Source: Escherichia coli
GTDB taxonomy: Bacteria; Pseudomonadota; Gammaproteobacteria; Enterobacterales; Enterobacteriaceae
Assembly (NCBI RefSeq): GCF_003018255.1
Contig: NZ_CP027440.1
DNA length: 64,000 bases
Direction: 5' to 3' (one strand)
Below are positions 1 through 10,554 of the stretch, in pieces; position 1 is the stretch's first letter, and each line of letters starts with the position of its first letter. The position numbers and the translations under genes were made by a program. Below the pieces are notes generated by a model. The model saw nothing but the letters and a program-made list of their open reading frames with translations, was not told the DNA's origin and did no database searches.

Positions 1-912
1 ATCAACCGGATGATTGACCGACCTGGAGGGCGCTCGTATCGGGTTATTTTGCTCGGCCTGTTTGCTACTTTATTGCAGGCAAAAGGCACATTGCGACTGG
101 ATAAAGACGCCCGTCCATTGTTGCTGATCGAAGATCCAGAAACCCGTTTACACCCCATTATGCTTTCAGTTGCCTGGCATCTGTTGAATCTTCTGCCCTT
201 GCAGCGCATTGCCACCACCAACTCGGGTGAGTTACTTTCGTTAACGCCGGTAGAGCATGTTTGCCGACTGGTACGTGAGTCCTCGCGCGTTGCCGCCTGG
301 CGTCTGGGGCCGAGTGGCTTGAGTACCGAAGATAGCCGACGCATATCCTTTCACATTCGTTTTAACCGTCCGTCATCGCTGTTTGCTCGCTGCTGGCTGC
401 TGGTGGAAGGGGAAACGGAAACCTGGGTTATCAATGAACTGGCGCGTCAGTGCGGACATCATTTTGATGCCGAAGGAATCAAGGTCATTGAGTTTGCCCA
501 GTCCGGGCTAAAGCCACTGGTTAAATTTGCCCGCCGAATGGGGATTGAATGGCATGTACTGGTCGATGGCGATGAAGCAGGGAAGAAATATGCCGCTACG
601 GTACGCAGCCTGTTGAATAACGATCGGGAAGCCGAACGAGAACATTTAACGGCGTTACCGGCGCTGGATATGGAACATTTTATGTATCGCCAGGGATTTT
701 CCGATGTGTTCCACCGCGTGGCGCAAATCCCGGAAAATATACCGATGAATCTGCGCAAAGTTATCTCGAAAGCGATCCATCGCTCTTCCAAACCCGATCT
801 TGCCATTGAAGTGGCAATGGAGGCCGGACGTCGTGGTGTGGACTCCGTACCGACGCTGCTGAAAAAAATGTTCTCACGCGTGCTGTGGCTGGCGCGCGGT
901 CGCGCGGATTAA
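1..912 (+). CDS. ybjD: OLD-family (Toprim) ATP-dependent endonuclease-like protein YbjD, C-terminal part; 5' end lies outside the window
   Basis: Open frame from base 1 to stop at 912; Toprim-like LVEGETE and VLVDGDEAG motifs in translation; position upstream of ybjX/macA as in K-12. Confidence 0.8.
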   Translation: MNRMIDRPGGRSYRVILLGLFATLLQAKGTLRLDKDARPLLLIEDPETRLHPIMLSVAWHLLNLLPLQRIATTNSGELLSLTPVEHVCRLVRESSRVAAWRLGPSGLSTEDSRRISFHIRFNRPSSLFARCWLLVEGETETWVINELARQCGHHFDAEGIKVIEFAQSGLKPLVKFARRMGIEWHVLVDGDEAGKKYAATVRSLLNNDREAEREHLTALPALDMEHFMYRQGFSDVFHRVAQIPENIPMNLRKVISKAIHRSSKPDLAIEVAMEAGRRGVDSVPTLLKKMFSRVLWLARGRAD

Positions 913-1901
913 CCGCGAAACATCGTGGCCATTTGTGGCTGAATAGCGTCGAGCATCTCATAGCGCCGACGGTATTCAGCCCGTTTTTTACTGGCGATTT
1001 CGGCAATCTCTTTTCGTGCTATCTGTGCCGGAAGGCGGTAATGGCGTTCAGCATCACATACGCCGCCAACCGACTCCCAGAACGCGTTGTAATCGGCATG
1101 GATCTTGCCTTCTTTATCACGATAACGCAGGCTGCGGTAAATATGCGTTTCATTGCTGACGGCAATAATCTGCTCTACCTGCAAACGTTGGGCAAACAGA
1201 CAGGCCGCTTCCATCACAAGGCGTTTGGGAAATAGCCCGTGGCAGGCTTTCGTCGCATTCTGGATTTCCTGATGTGGAATTTCCCATTTTGCGCCTTGCA
1301 GTCCGCCAATAAACATTGTTCTTTTCCCCTTATATTCACACAGGGTAAACGTGATCTCTGCCAGAGGAATACCTTCGCTGTTGCGGAACAGGATTGTGCT
1401 GTCACCTTCTTTATCCATTGAGATCATCATGGTCAGCTCAAGCGTGAACTGCTCGCCGTTTTTGCCTTCCAGTTTAGCCAGTTGCAGCCCGGGGGTATTC
1501 AAATATAAGCTGAATTCTTCCGCCGACATACACCCGCGGAGTAACGCATAATGGTAACGTAACGCCTCCAGCAATTGCTTACGGCTAAGATTCGCCGCAA
1601 GGTAAGGGCGATGCAGACGCACAGGCAGTCGCGGCTGGCGCGTTAACAACACATTGAGATTGGGCCAGTGGGAAAGTTCGTTCATCCACTCAACGCTTAA
1701 ACGCGGCATAATCAACGAGCGCAGCAAAAATTTCTGGCGAAAACTACGGCGATGCCAGAATTTACCCGGCCGACACTGTCCACGTGCCAGGCTAAGAAAA
1801 AGTGACAGGCTGCTGAGAGATTCAGATGGCGTAAAGGTCCGTTCAGTTAGCTGCGACATATTCATGAAATCAATGGTTATACATGTCGTCGATTTCACCA
1901 T
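909..1901 (-). CDS. ybjX: VirK/DUF535-family protein YbjX
   Basis: 330-aa ORF with ATG at 1901; alternative in-frame ATGs at 1865/1859 possible; synteny with macA. Confidence 0.75.
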   Translation of the reverse strand: MVKSTTCITIDFMNMSQLTERTFTPSESLSSLSLFLSLARGQCRPGKFWHRRSFRQKFLLRSLIMPRLSVEWMNELSHWPNLNVLLTRQPRLPVRLHRPYLAANLSRKQLLEALRYHYALLRGCMSAEEFSLYLNTPGLQLAKLEGKNGEQFTLELTMMISMDKEGDSTILFRNSEGIPLAEITFTLCEYKGKRTMFIGGLQGAKWEIPHQEIQNATKACHGLFPKRLVMEAACLFAQRLQVEQIIAVSNETHIYRSLRYRDKEGKIHADYNAFWESVGGVCDAERHYRLPAQIARKEIAEIASKKRAEYRRRYEMLDAIQPQMATMFRG

Positions 1902-2015
1902 TGCGTATCTTAACCAAACATCAATAGTGTGATTACTAATGTAAATTTTAGGGTTTTGTTGATATTTCGTTGAAGTTAATGACCCAGATTGGCATATGGA
2001 GTATTCAGAATATTT

Positions 2016-3131
2016 ATGAAAAAGCGGAAAACCGTGAAGAAGCGTTACGTTATTGCGCTGGTGATAATCATCGTCGGGCTGATTACGTTATGGAGAATTC
2101 TTAACGCACCCGTGCCGACTTATCAGACGCTGATTGTGCGCCCCGGTGATTTACAGCAAAGCGTGCTGGCGACCGGAAAGCTGGACGCGCTGCGTAAGGT
2201 TGATGTGGGCGCGCAGGTCAGCGGTCAGTTGAAAACGCTGTCGGTGGCGATTGGCGATAAAGTAAAAAAAGACCAGCTTTTAGGGGTTATTGATCCTGAA
2301 CAGGCTGAAAACCAGATTAAGGAGGTGGAAGCAACGCTGATGGAGCTACGCGCGCAGCGGCAGCAGGCGGAAGCGGAGCTGAAACTGGCGCGGGTGACGT
2401 ATTCCCGTCAGCAACGTCTTGCACAAACGCAAGCGGTTTCACAGCAGGATCTCGATAACGCCGCGACGGAGATGGCTGTGAAACAGGCGCAAATTGGCAC
2501 CATTGACGCGCAAATCAAGCGCAATCAGGCCTCTCTCGATACGGCTAAAACCAATCTCGATTACACCCGCATCGTTGCCCCGATGGCCGGGGAAGTCACG
2601 CAAATCACCACTCTGCAAGGCCAGACGGTGATTGCCGCACAACAAGCACCGAACATTCTGACGCTGGCAGATATGAGCACCATGCTGGTAAAAGCGCAGG
2701 TTTCTGAAGCGGATGTAATCCACCTGAAGCCGGGGCAAAAAGCCTGGTTTACGGTGCTTGGCGATCCGCTGACGCGCTATGAGGGGCAAATCAAGGATGT
2801 GCTACCGACGCCGGAAAAGGTTAACGACGCTATTTTCTATTACGCCCGTTTTGAAGTCCCCAACCCCAATGGTTTGCTGCGGCTGGATATGACCGCGCAA
2901 GTGCATATTCAGCTCACCGATGTGAAAAATGTGCTGACGATCCCTCTGTCGGCATTAGGCGATCCGGTTGGCGATAATCGTTATAAAGTCAAATTGTTGC
3001 GTAATGGTGAAACACGCGAGCGTGAAGTGACGATTGGCGCACGTAACGATACCGATGTTGAGATTGTCAAAGGGCTGGAAGCGGGCGATGAAGTGGTGAT
3101 TGGTGAGGCCAAACCAGGAGCTGTACAATGA
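2016..3131 (+). CDS. macA: Macrolide efflux membrane fusion protein MacA
   Basis: 371 aa from ATG 2016 (ORF track starts at upstream TTG 1989); RBS ggag upstream; ATGA overlap with macB. Confidence 0.9.
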   Translation: MKKRKTVKKRYVIALVIIIVGLITLWRILNAPVPTYQTLIVRPGDLQQSVLATGKLDALRKVDVGAQVSGQLKTLSVAIGDKVKKDQLLGVIDPEQAENQIKEVEATLMELRAQRQQAEAELKLARVTYSRQQRLAQTQAVSQQDLDNAATEMAVKQAQIGTIDAQIKRNQASLDTAKTNLDYTRIVAPMAGEVTQITTLQGQTVIAAQQAPNILTLADMSTMLVKAQVSEADVIHLKPGQKAWFTVLGDPLTRYEGQIKDVLPTPEKVNDAIFYYARFEVPNPNGLLRLDMTAQVHIQLTDVKNVLTIPLSALGDPVGDNRYKVKLLRNGETREREVTIGARNDTDVEIVKGLEAGDEVVIGEAKPGAVQ

Positions 3132-5074
3132 CGCCCTTGCTCGAATTAAAGGATATTCGTCGCAGCTATCCTGCCGGTGATGAGCAGGTTGAGGTGCTGA
3201 AGGGCATCAGCCTCGATATTTATGCCGGTGAGATGGTGGCGATTGTTGGCGCTTCGGGTTCCGGTAAATCGACCCTGATGAATATTCTCGGCTGTCTGGA
3301 TAAGGCCACCAGCGGCACCTATCGCGTCGCCGGTCAGGATGTTGCCACGCTGGACGCCGATGCGCTGGCGCAACTGCGCCGCGAGCATTTCGGCTTTATT
3401 TTCCAGCGTTACCATTTGCTTTCGCATTTAACCGCCGAGCAGAACGTTGAAGTACCCGCCGTCTATGCCGGTCTTGAGCGGAAACAGCGGCTGCTTCGCG
3501 CCCAGGAGTTACTGCAACGACTGGGGCTGGAAGACCGTACAGAGTATTACCCGGCACAGCTTTCGGGTGGCCAGCAACAGCGCGTCAGCATCGCGCGGGC
3601 ATTGATGAACGGCGGTCAGGTAATTCTTGCCGATGAACCGACCGGCGCACTGGACAGCCATTCTGGCGAAGAGGTGATGGCGATCCTGCATCAGCTGCGC
3701 GATCGCGGGCATACGGTGATTATCGTCACCCACGATCCGCAGGTTGCTGCTCAGGCCGAGCGGGTGATCGAAATTCGCGACGGCGAAATTGTGCGCAATC
3801 CTCCCGCCATTGAAAAAGTGAATGTTGCTGGCGGGACGGAACCTGTTGTCAACACGGCGTCTGGCTGGCGGCAGTTTGTCAGCGGTTTTAACGAGGCGCT
3901 GACGATGGCATGGCGGGCGCTGGCAGCGAATAAAATGCGTACTTTACTGACCATGCTGGGGATTATTATCGGTATTGCGTCGGTGGTTTCCATTGTCGTG
4001 GTGGGTGACGCCGCCAAACAAATGGTGCTGGCGGATATTCGTTCTATTGGTACGAATACTATTGATGTCTATCCCGGGAAAGATTTTGGCGATGACGATC
4101 CGCAATATCAGCAGGCGCTGAAGTACGACGACTTAATCGCCATCCAAAAACAACCGTGGGTCGCTTCAGCCACACCTGCCGTCTCGCAAAACCTGCGCCT
4201 GCGTTATAACAATGTTGATGTTGCTGCCAGTGCCAATGGCGTGAGCGGCGATTATTTTAATGTCTATGGCATGACCTTCAGTGAAGGAAACACCTTTAAT
4301 CAGGAGCAGCTGAACGGTCGTGCGCAGGTGGTGGTGCTCGACAGTAATACTCGCCGCCAGCTTTTCCCCCATAAAGCAGATGTGGTTGGCGAGGTGATTC
4401 TGGTCGGCAATATGCCCGCCAGAGTCATTGGTGTGGCGGAAGAAAAACAGTCGATGTTTGGTAGCAGTAAAGTGCTGCGTGTCTGGCTACCTTACAGCAC
4501 GATGTCCGGGCGAGTTATGGGCCAGTCGTGGCTGAACTCCATTACTGTCAGGGTGAAAGAAGGATTTGACAGCGCTGAGGCGGAACAGCAACTCACGCGT
4601 TTACTTTCACTGCGCCACGGTAAGAAGGATTTCTTTACCTGGAACATGGACGGCGTCTTGAAAACCGTTGAAAAGACCACACGTACTTTACAACTGTTTC
4701 TGACGCTGGTGGCGGTGATTTCGCTGGTGGTGGGCGGTATTGGTGTAATGAATATTATGCTGGTGTCAGTGACCGAGCGGACGCGGGAAATTGGCATTCG
4801 CATGGCTGTAGGTGCGCGAGCAAGCGATGTTTTGCAACAGTTCCTGATCGAAGCCGTACTGGTTTGCCTGGTCGGTGGCGCGTTGGGAATAACACTGTCA
4901 CTGTTAATTGCTTTCACCTTACAGCTTTTCTTACCCGGCTGGGAGATTGGTTTTTCACCGTTGGCGCTGCTGCTGGCGTTTCTCTGCTCGACGGTCACCG
5001 GGATTTTATTTGGCTGGTTACCCGCACGAAATGCGGCACGACTGGATCCAGTAGATGCTCTGGCACGAGAGTAA
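3128..5074 (+). CDS. macB: Macrolide ABC exporter ATPase/permease MacB
   Basis: 648 aa; Walker [10 protein letters not shown] and ABC signature LSGGQQQR in translation; C-terminal FtsX-like TM region. Confidence 0.95.
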   Translation: MTPLLELKDIRRSYPAGDEQVEVLKGISLDIYAGEMVAIVGASGSGKSTLMNILGCLDKATSGTYRVAGQDVATLDADALAQLRREHFGFIFQRYHLLSHLTAEQNVEVPAVYAGLERKQRLLRAQELLQRLGLEDRTEYYPAQLSGGQQQRVSIARALMNGGQVILADEPTGALDSHSGEEVMAILHQLRDRGHTVIIVTHDPQVAAQAERVIEIRDGEIVRNPPAIEKVNVAGGTEPVVNTASGWRQFVSGFNEALTMAWRALAANKMRTLLTMLGIIIGIASVVSIVVVGDAAKQMVLADIRSIGTNTIDVYPGKDFGDDDPQYQQALKYDDLIAIQKQPWVASATPAVSQNLRLRYNNVDVAASANGVSGDYFNVYGMTFSEGNTFNQEQLNGRAQVVVLDSNTRRQLFPHKADVVGEVILVGNMPARVIGVAEEKQSMFGSSKVLRVWLPYSTMSGRVMGQSWLNSITVRVKEGFDSAEAEQQLTRLLSLRHGKKDFFTWNMDGVLKTVEKTTRTLQLFLTLVAVISLVVGGIGVMNIMLVSVTERTREIGIRMAVGARASDVLQQFLIEAVLVCLVGGALGITLSLLIAFTLQLFLPGWEIGFSPLALLLAFLCSTVTGILFGWLPARNAARLDPVDALARE

Positions 5075-5146
5075 TTTTTGAGATAAAAATGCCAGCCGAT
5101 CGGGCTGGCATTTTGCCTTTAGGATGTACACAATGAGACAGAAGAG

Positions 5147-5371
5147 CTATGCGACTGCCGCTTCTACTTCGACGGGCACAATAACACTGGCGTGATTGCC
5201 TTTTGGCCCCTGGTGGACATCAAACTGAACGGATTGTCCAGCTTTTAGCGTTCTGTAACCATCCATCTGAATGGTGGAATAATGAGCGAAAATATCTTCG
5301 CCGCCGCCTTCAGGGCAGATGAAACCAAACCCTTTGGCATTGTTGAACCACTTAACAGTACCCTTTTCCAT
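5147..5371 (-). CDS. cspD: Cold-shock-domain protein CspD (stationary phase replication inhibitor)
   Basis: 74 aa from internal Met MEKGTVKWFNNAKGFGFI; ORF-track start is over-extended by 10 codons. Confidence 0.9.
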   Translation of the reverse strand: MEKGTVKWFNNAKGFGFICPEGGGEDIFAHYSTIQMDGYRTLKAGQSVQFDVHQGPKGNHASVIVPVEVEAAVA

Positions 5372-5693
5372 GCTTCGACATCCTTCGCAAATCTTATACA
5401 AGTAAGATGGAATAAACCGGGGTCAGAGAGGGGGCTGTTCAAAACCTCGCCAACTCTAGAAATACAATTTAGAGAATTAGGGCGAGCCGTCAAGCATTTG
5501 ACAGGGGCCAGGGGGCAGGTATGAATCAAAAATTTGAAGCAGTTAACGCTATTGACAGGAATGTGACAGATGTCGCTGATGCCAACGATAGATGATAGTT
5601 ATCTATCATGTGGAGTAGATTGGTCAGGCAAATAAGCTCTTGTCAGCGGCAGGGCGTTCTGCCGATAACCGTAACCGAAGATGATAACTGACA

Positions 5694-6014
5694 ATGGGTA
5701 AAACGAACGACTGGCTGGACTTTGATCAACTGGCGGAAGAAAAAGTTCGCGACGCGCTAAAACCGCCATCTATGTATAAAGTGATATTAGTCAATGATGA
5801 TTATACTCCGATGGAGTTTGTTATTGACGTGTTACAAAAATTCTTTTCTTATGATGTAGAACGTGCAACGCAATTGATGCTCGCTGTTCACTACCAGGGG
5901 AAGGCCATTTGCGGAGTCTTTACCGCTGAGGTTGCAGAAACCAAAGTGGCGATGGTGAACAAGTACGCGAGGGAGAATGAGCATCCATTGCTGTGTACGC
6001 TAGAAAAAGCCTGA
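5694..6014 (+). CDS. clpS: ClpA adaptor ClpS
   Basis: 106 aa; immediately upstream of clpA. Confidence 0.95.
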
Positions 6015-6044
6015 ATGCAGGCATAAAAATTGGGGGAGGTGCCT

Positions 6045-8321
6045 ATGCTCAATCAAGAACTGGAACTCAGTTTAAATATGGCTTTCGCCAGAGCGCGCGA
6101 GCACCGTCATGAGTTTATGACCGTCGAGCACTTGTTACTGGCGCTGCTCAGTAACCCATCTGCCCGGGAGGCGCTGGAAGCGTGCTCTGTGGATTTGGTT
6201 GCGCTCCGTCAGGAACTGGAAGCCTTTATTGAACAAACCACACCCGTTCTGCCTGCCAGTGAAGAGGAGCGCGACACACAGCCGACGCTGAGTTTTCAGC
6301 GTGTACTGCAACGTGCGGTCTTCCATGTCCAGTCCTCCGGTCGCAATGAGGTTACCGGTGCAAACGTTCTGGTCGCTATCTTTAGCGAACAGGAGTCGCA
6401 GGCGGCATATCTGTTGCGCAAACATGAAGTCAGCCGTCTCGATGTGGTGAACTTTATCTCTCATGGCACGCGTAAAGACGAGCCGACACAGTCTTCTGAT
6501 CCTGGCAGCCAGCCAAACAGCGAAGAACAAGCTGGTGGGGAGGAACGTATGGAGAATTTCACGACGAACCTGAATCAGCTTGCGCGAGTGGGCGGAATCG
6601 ACCCACTGATTGGTCGTGAGAAGGAGCTGGAGCGTGCTATTCAGGTTCTCTGCCGTCGCCGTAAAAACAACCCGCTGCTGGTGGGGGAATCTGGTGTCGG
6701 TAAAACCGCGATTGCGGAGGGGCTTGCATGGCGAATTGTTCAGGGCGATGTGCCGGAAGTGATGGCTGACTGTACGATTTACTCTCTCGATATCGGTTCT
6801 CTGTTAGCGGGCACAAAATATCGCGGCGACTTTGAAAAACGTTTTAAAGCGTTGCTCAAGCAGCTGGAGCAAGACACTAACAGCATCCTGTTTATTGATG
6901 AGATCCACACCATTATCGGTGCGGGTGCAGCGTCTGGTGGCCAGGTCGATGCAGCTAACCTGATCAAACCGTTGCTCTCCAGCGGTAAAATTCGCGTAAT
7001 TGGTTCGACAACCTATCAGGAGTTCAGCAACATTTTCGAGAAAGACCGTGCTCTGGCGCGTCGCTTCCAGAAAATTGATATTACTGAACCGTCAATCGAA
7101 GAAACTGTTCAAATCATCAATGGCCTGAAACCGAAGTATGAAGCGCACCACGACGTGCGTTATACCGCAAAAGCGGTGCGTGCAGCGGTAGAGCTGGCGG
7201 TGAAATACATTAACGATCGTCATCTGCCGGATAAAGCCATTGACGTTATCGACGAAGCGGGCGCTCGCGCACGCCTGATGCCGGTAAGCAAACGCAAGAA
7301 AACCGTTAATGTGGCGGATATTGAGTCCGTGGTGGCCCGTATTGCGCGCATTCCAGAGAAGAGTGTTTCGCAGAGTGACCGCGATACCCTGAAAAACCTC
7401 GGCGATCGCCTGAAAATGCTGGTCTTCGGTCAGGATAAAGCCATTGAGGCGCTGACTGAAGCCATTAAGATGGCGCGTGCAGGTTTAGGTCACGAACATA
7501 AACCGGTCGGTTCGTTCCTGTTTGCCGGTCCTACCGGGGTCGGGAAAACAGAGGTGACGGTACAGCTTTCGAAAGCGTTGGGCATTGAGCTTCTGCGCTT
7601 TGATATGTCCGAGTATATGGAACGCCATACCGTCAGCCGTCTGATTGGTGCGCCTCCGGGATACGTTGGTTTTGATCAGGGCGGTTTGCTGACTGATGCG
7701 GTCATCAAGCATCCACATGCGGTGCTGCTGCTGGACGAAATCGAGAAAGCGCACCCGGACGTGTTCAATATTCTGTTGCAGGTGATGGACAACGGTACGC
7801 TGACCGATAACAACGGACGCAAAGCGGACTTCCGTAACGTGGTATTGGTGATGACCACCAACGCTGGGGTACGAGAAACTGAGCGTAAATCGATTGGTCT
7901 TATCCACCAGGACAACAGTACCGATGCGATGGAAGAGATCAAGAAGATCTTTACGCCGGAGTTTCGTAACCGTCTCGACAACATTATCTGGTTCGATCAT
8001 CTCTCCACCGACGTGATCCATCAGGTAGTGGATAAATTCATCGTCGAGTTGCAGGTTCAGCTGGATCAGAAAGGTGTTTCTCTGGAAGTGAGCCAGGAAG
8101 CGCGTAACTGGCTGGCCGAGAAAGGTTACGACCGGGCAATGGGCGCACGTCCGATGGCGCGTGTCATCCAGGACAACCTGAAAAAACCGCTCGCCAACGA
8201 ACTGTTGTTTGGTTCGCTGGTGGACGGCGGTCAGGTGACGGTTGCGCTGGATAAAGAGAAAAATGAGCTGACTTATGGATTCCAGAGTGCACAAAAGCAC
8301 AAGGCGGAAGCAGCGCATTAA
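6045..8321 (+). CDS. clpA: ATP-dependent Clp protease ATP-binding subunit ClpA
   Basis: 758 aa from [10 protein letters not shown]; two AAA+ modules with Walker A GESGVGKT and GPTGVGKT. Confidence 0.95.
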   Translation: MLNQELELSLNMAFARAREHRHEFMTVEHLLLALLSNPSAREALEACSVDLVALRQELEAFIEQTTPVLPASEEERDTQPTLSFQRVLQRAVFHVQSSGRNEVTGANVLVAIFSEQESQAAYLLRKHEVSRLDVVNFISHGTRKDEPTQSSDPGSQPNSEEQAGGEERMENFTTNLNQLARVGGIDPLIGREKELERAIQVLCRRRKNNPLLVGESGVGKTAIAEGLAWRIVQGDVPEVMADCTIYSLDIGSLLAGTKYRGDFEKRFKALLKQLEQDTNSILFIDEIHTIIGAGAASGGQVDAANLIKPLLSSGKIRVIGSTTYQEFSNIFEKDRALARRFQKIDITEPSIEETVQIINGLKPKYEAHHDVRYTAKAVRAAVELAVKYINDRHLPDKAIDVIDEAGARARLMPVSKRKKTVNVADIESVVARIARIPEKSVSQSDRDTLKNLGDRLKMLVFGQDKAIEALTEAIKMARAGLGHEHKPVGSFLFAGPTGVGKTEVTVQLSKALGIELLRFDMSEYMERHTVSRLIGAPPGYVGFDQGGLLTDAVIKHPHAVLLLDEIEKAHPDVFNILLQVMDNGTLTDNNGRKADFRNVVLVMTTNAGVRETERKSIGLIHQDNSTDAMEEIKKIFTPEFRNRLDNIIWFDHLSTDVIHQVVDKFIVELQVQLDQKGVSLEVSQEARNWLAEKGYDRAMGARPMARVIQDNLKKPLANELLFGSLVDGGQVTVALDKEKNELTYGFQSAQKHKAEAAH

Positions 8322-8344
8322 TCTAATTGTTAGGTAGGTTGGTG

Positions 8345-8380
8345 AAGTCCGTAATCTCGAAAGAGGTTACGGACTTTTTG
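8345..8380 (+). terminator. Rho-independent terminator downstream of clpA
   Basis: Perfect 10-bp stem aagtccgtaa/ttacggactt followed by T tract. Confidence 0.7.
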
Positions 8381-8557
8381 TTTATGGGGTGGAGGAGGTT
8401 CTGACCCTTTTTTTGATGATGATGGTAATTTGTTGATAATTAGTGCTGCGGGAAGGTAAGGATAAAAAAGGGTGGTAGCAGGAAAATGAGATGGTTTTGC
8501 TTTATTAACAACGGGCTAGACGTGTAGTATTTGAGTTCACTGCCGTACAGGCAGATA

Positions 8558-8964
8558 AAATGCGAAAAAAAGCTCGTACTTTCGTACGAGCTCTTCTTTG
8601 AATATGGCGGTGAGGGGGGGATTGACTCGCTTCGCTCGCCCTGCGGGCAGCCCACTCACTGTGTTCGTGGTCTGTCCAACTGGCTGCGCCAGTTGTCGAA
8701 CCCCGGTCGGGGCTTCTCATCCCCCCTGGAGTGCAATATGCGAAAAAAAAGCTCGCACTTTCGTACGAGCTCTTCTTTGAATATGGCGGTGAGGGGGGGG
8801 ATTGACTCGCTTCGCTCGCCCTGCGGGCAGCCCACTCACTGTGTTCGTGGTCTGTCCAACTGGCTGCGCCAGTTGTCGAACCCCGGTCGGGGCTTCTCAT
8901 CCCCCCTGGAGTGCAATATGCGAAAAAAAAAGCTCGCACTTTCGTACGAGCTCTTCTTTGAATA
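8558..8964 (-). repeat. Tandem ~180-bp direct repeat (two full units plus a leading partial unit) downstream of serW; each unit = terminator hairpin + ~115-bp spacer + 19-20 nt copy of the tRNA-Ser 3' end
   Basis: Unit starts at 8605, 8784 and (true tRNA) 8965, periods 179 and 181; near-identical units differing by homopolymer length and one stem base. Confidence 0.85.
8923..8951 (-). terminator. Rho-independent terminator immediately 3' of serW (first of three repeated copies)
   Basis: Minus strand: gctcgtac-gaaa-gtgcgagc hairpin followed by 9 U; copies also at about 8565-8593 and 8744-8772. Confidence 0.8.
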
Positions 8965-9052
8965 TGGCGGTGAGGGGGGGATTCGAACCCCCGATACGTT
9001 GCCGTATACACACTTTCCAGGCGTGCTCCTTCAGCCACTCGGACACCTCACC
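8965..9052 (-). tRNA. serW: tRNA-Ser (GGA anticodon), 88 nt with long variable arm and encoded CCA
   Basis: Reverse complement reads GGTGAGGTGTCCGAGTGGCTGAAGGAGCACGCCTGGAAAGTGTGTATACGGCAACGTATCGGGGGTTCGAATCCCCCCCTCACCGCCA. Confidence 0.9.
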
Positions 9053-9235
9053 AAATTGTTTTGCTACCAAACCTCATGGGTGGCAACGGGGCGCTACTAT
9101 AGGGAGTTGGAGTAAAACGGTCAAGAAGAATTTTAATGATAATTATTGTTTGCTCATACTGTAAACAAGTTGTGCAGTATATCTACATCGAGACAAGTTA
9201 TGGACTTATACTTCCAAAGTACTTCATACATATCA

Positions 9236-9268
9236 CAAAATAAAAAGGCCGGCTAAACCGACCTTTTA
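9236..9268 (-). terminator. Rho-independent terminator downstream of infA
   Basis: Minus strand hairpin GGUCGG-UUUA-GCCGGCC (one GU wobble) followed by U tract. Confidence 0.6.
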
Positions 9269-9305
9269 CTCGTTCTTTCTCTTCGCCCATCAGGCGGTAA
9301 AACAA

Positions 9306-9527
<222 letters not shown>

Positions 9528-9808
9528 ATCCTCTGGGGTATCACTACCGTAATTTGAACCGGCAAGATAATGCCGAAGTTCTGTAAATAAGTAAAGATTT
9601 GCGCGCTAAATCGCAACAAACAGGTTCGGCACATTACTCCGAAAACACACGGCTAAGCCGCACCAAAAGCGCAACGTATAAGGGAGCGGTGAGATAAACG
9701 ATGGGCGTTACCTGACGCGAAAAATTCCTTATCGGCAGCGGGGTAATGAGCGTAACCAACTCTGCGACCGCAATTATAACACTCTGGGGAGAAATGTGCC
9801 GAAAACAT

Positions 9809-10513
9809 TCATTCTTGTGGTGAAAACAAGCACCGTGGTACCCAGAAATTATTCGGCAATCGTCCGAGGCGCATTTGATTGAGATAATTGAGGTAATCCC
9901 GGCGGGGAATTTCGCAGGCACCAAGCGACGCTGTGTGATCGTTAAGGACCTGGCAGTCGATAAGTTTACCGCCATGACCAATAAATTCCTCACAGAATAC
10001 CAGAAGCGCCGTTTTAGACGCATTTTCCATCCGGCTGAACATGGACTCGCCACAAAATAGCGTTCCCTGGGCCACGCCGTACATACCGCCGACAAGCTCA
10101 TCTTCACGCCAGACTTCAATAGAGTGGGCATGACCGAGTTCGTGAAGGCGATGGTAGGCTTCGACCACGCCACGCGTGATCCAGGTTCCTTCTTCGCGAT
10201 CGCTGGCACAGCCTTCAATGACCTGACCAAAAGCGTAATTCATCGTGACTCGATAGGGCGAGCGTTTATGAAATCGCTTCATACTACGGCTGATATGCAG
10301 TGATTCAGGCCAAAGCACCGCGCGGGGATCGGGCGACCACCAGAGGATGGGGTCACCTGGAGAAAACCACGGAAAAATACCACGCTGGTAAGCCATTAAC
10401 AGGCGCGCAGGGCTAAGATCGCCTCCCAGTGCCAGCAGGCCGTTAGGCTCACGTAATGCGCCTTCCGGGGAAGGGAAGGCTATTGAATGGCGAGAAAGCT
10501 GAACCAGGCGCAT
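9809..10513 (-). CDS. aat: Leucyl/phenylalanyl-tRNA--protein transferase
   Basis: 234 aa; synteny between infA and cydC. Confidence 0.9.
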
Positions 10514-10554
10514 GACCGCAAAACTCCACGCAAGTCGGATCGTTCAATAATAGC

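Noticed and set aside
8558-8964. Possible CRISPR array or integrated element at a tRNA 3' end
   Set aside because: Units are ~180 bp with no short repeat/spacer alternation, no cas genes and no integrase; the intervening DNA is too small for an island.
8505-9115. ORFs of 177 aa (minus) and 194/120 aa (plus) running through the serW repeats and the tRNA itself
   Set aside because: They overlap the tRNA gene and terminator hairpins and their internally repeated 'protein' sequence simply mirrors the DNA repeat; no RBS/start context; treated as non-coding repeat.
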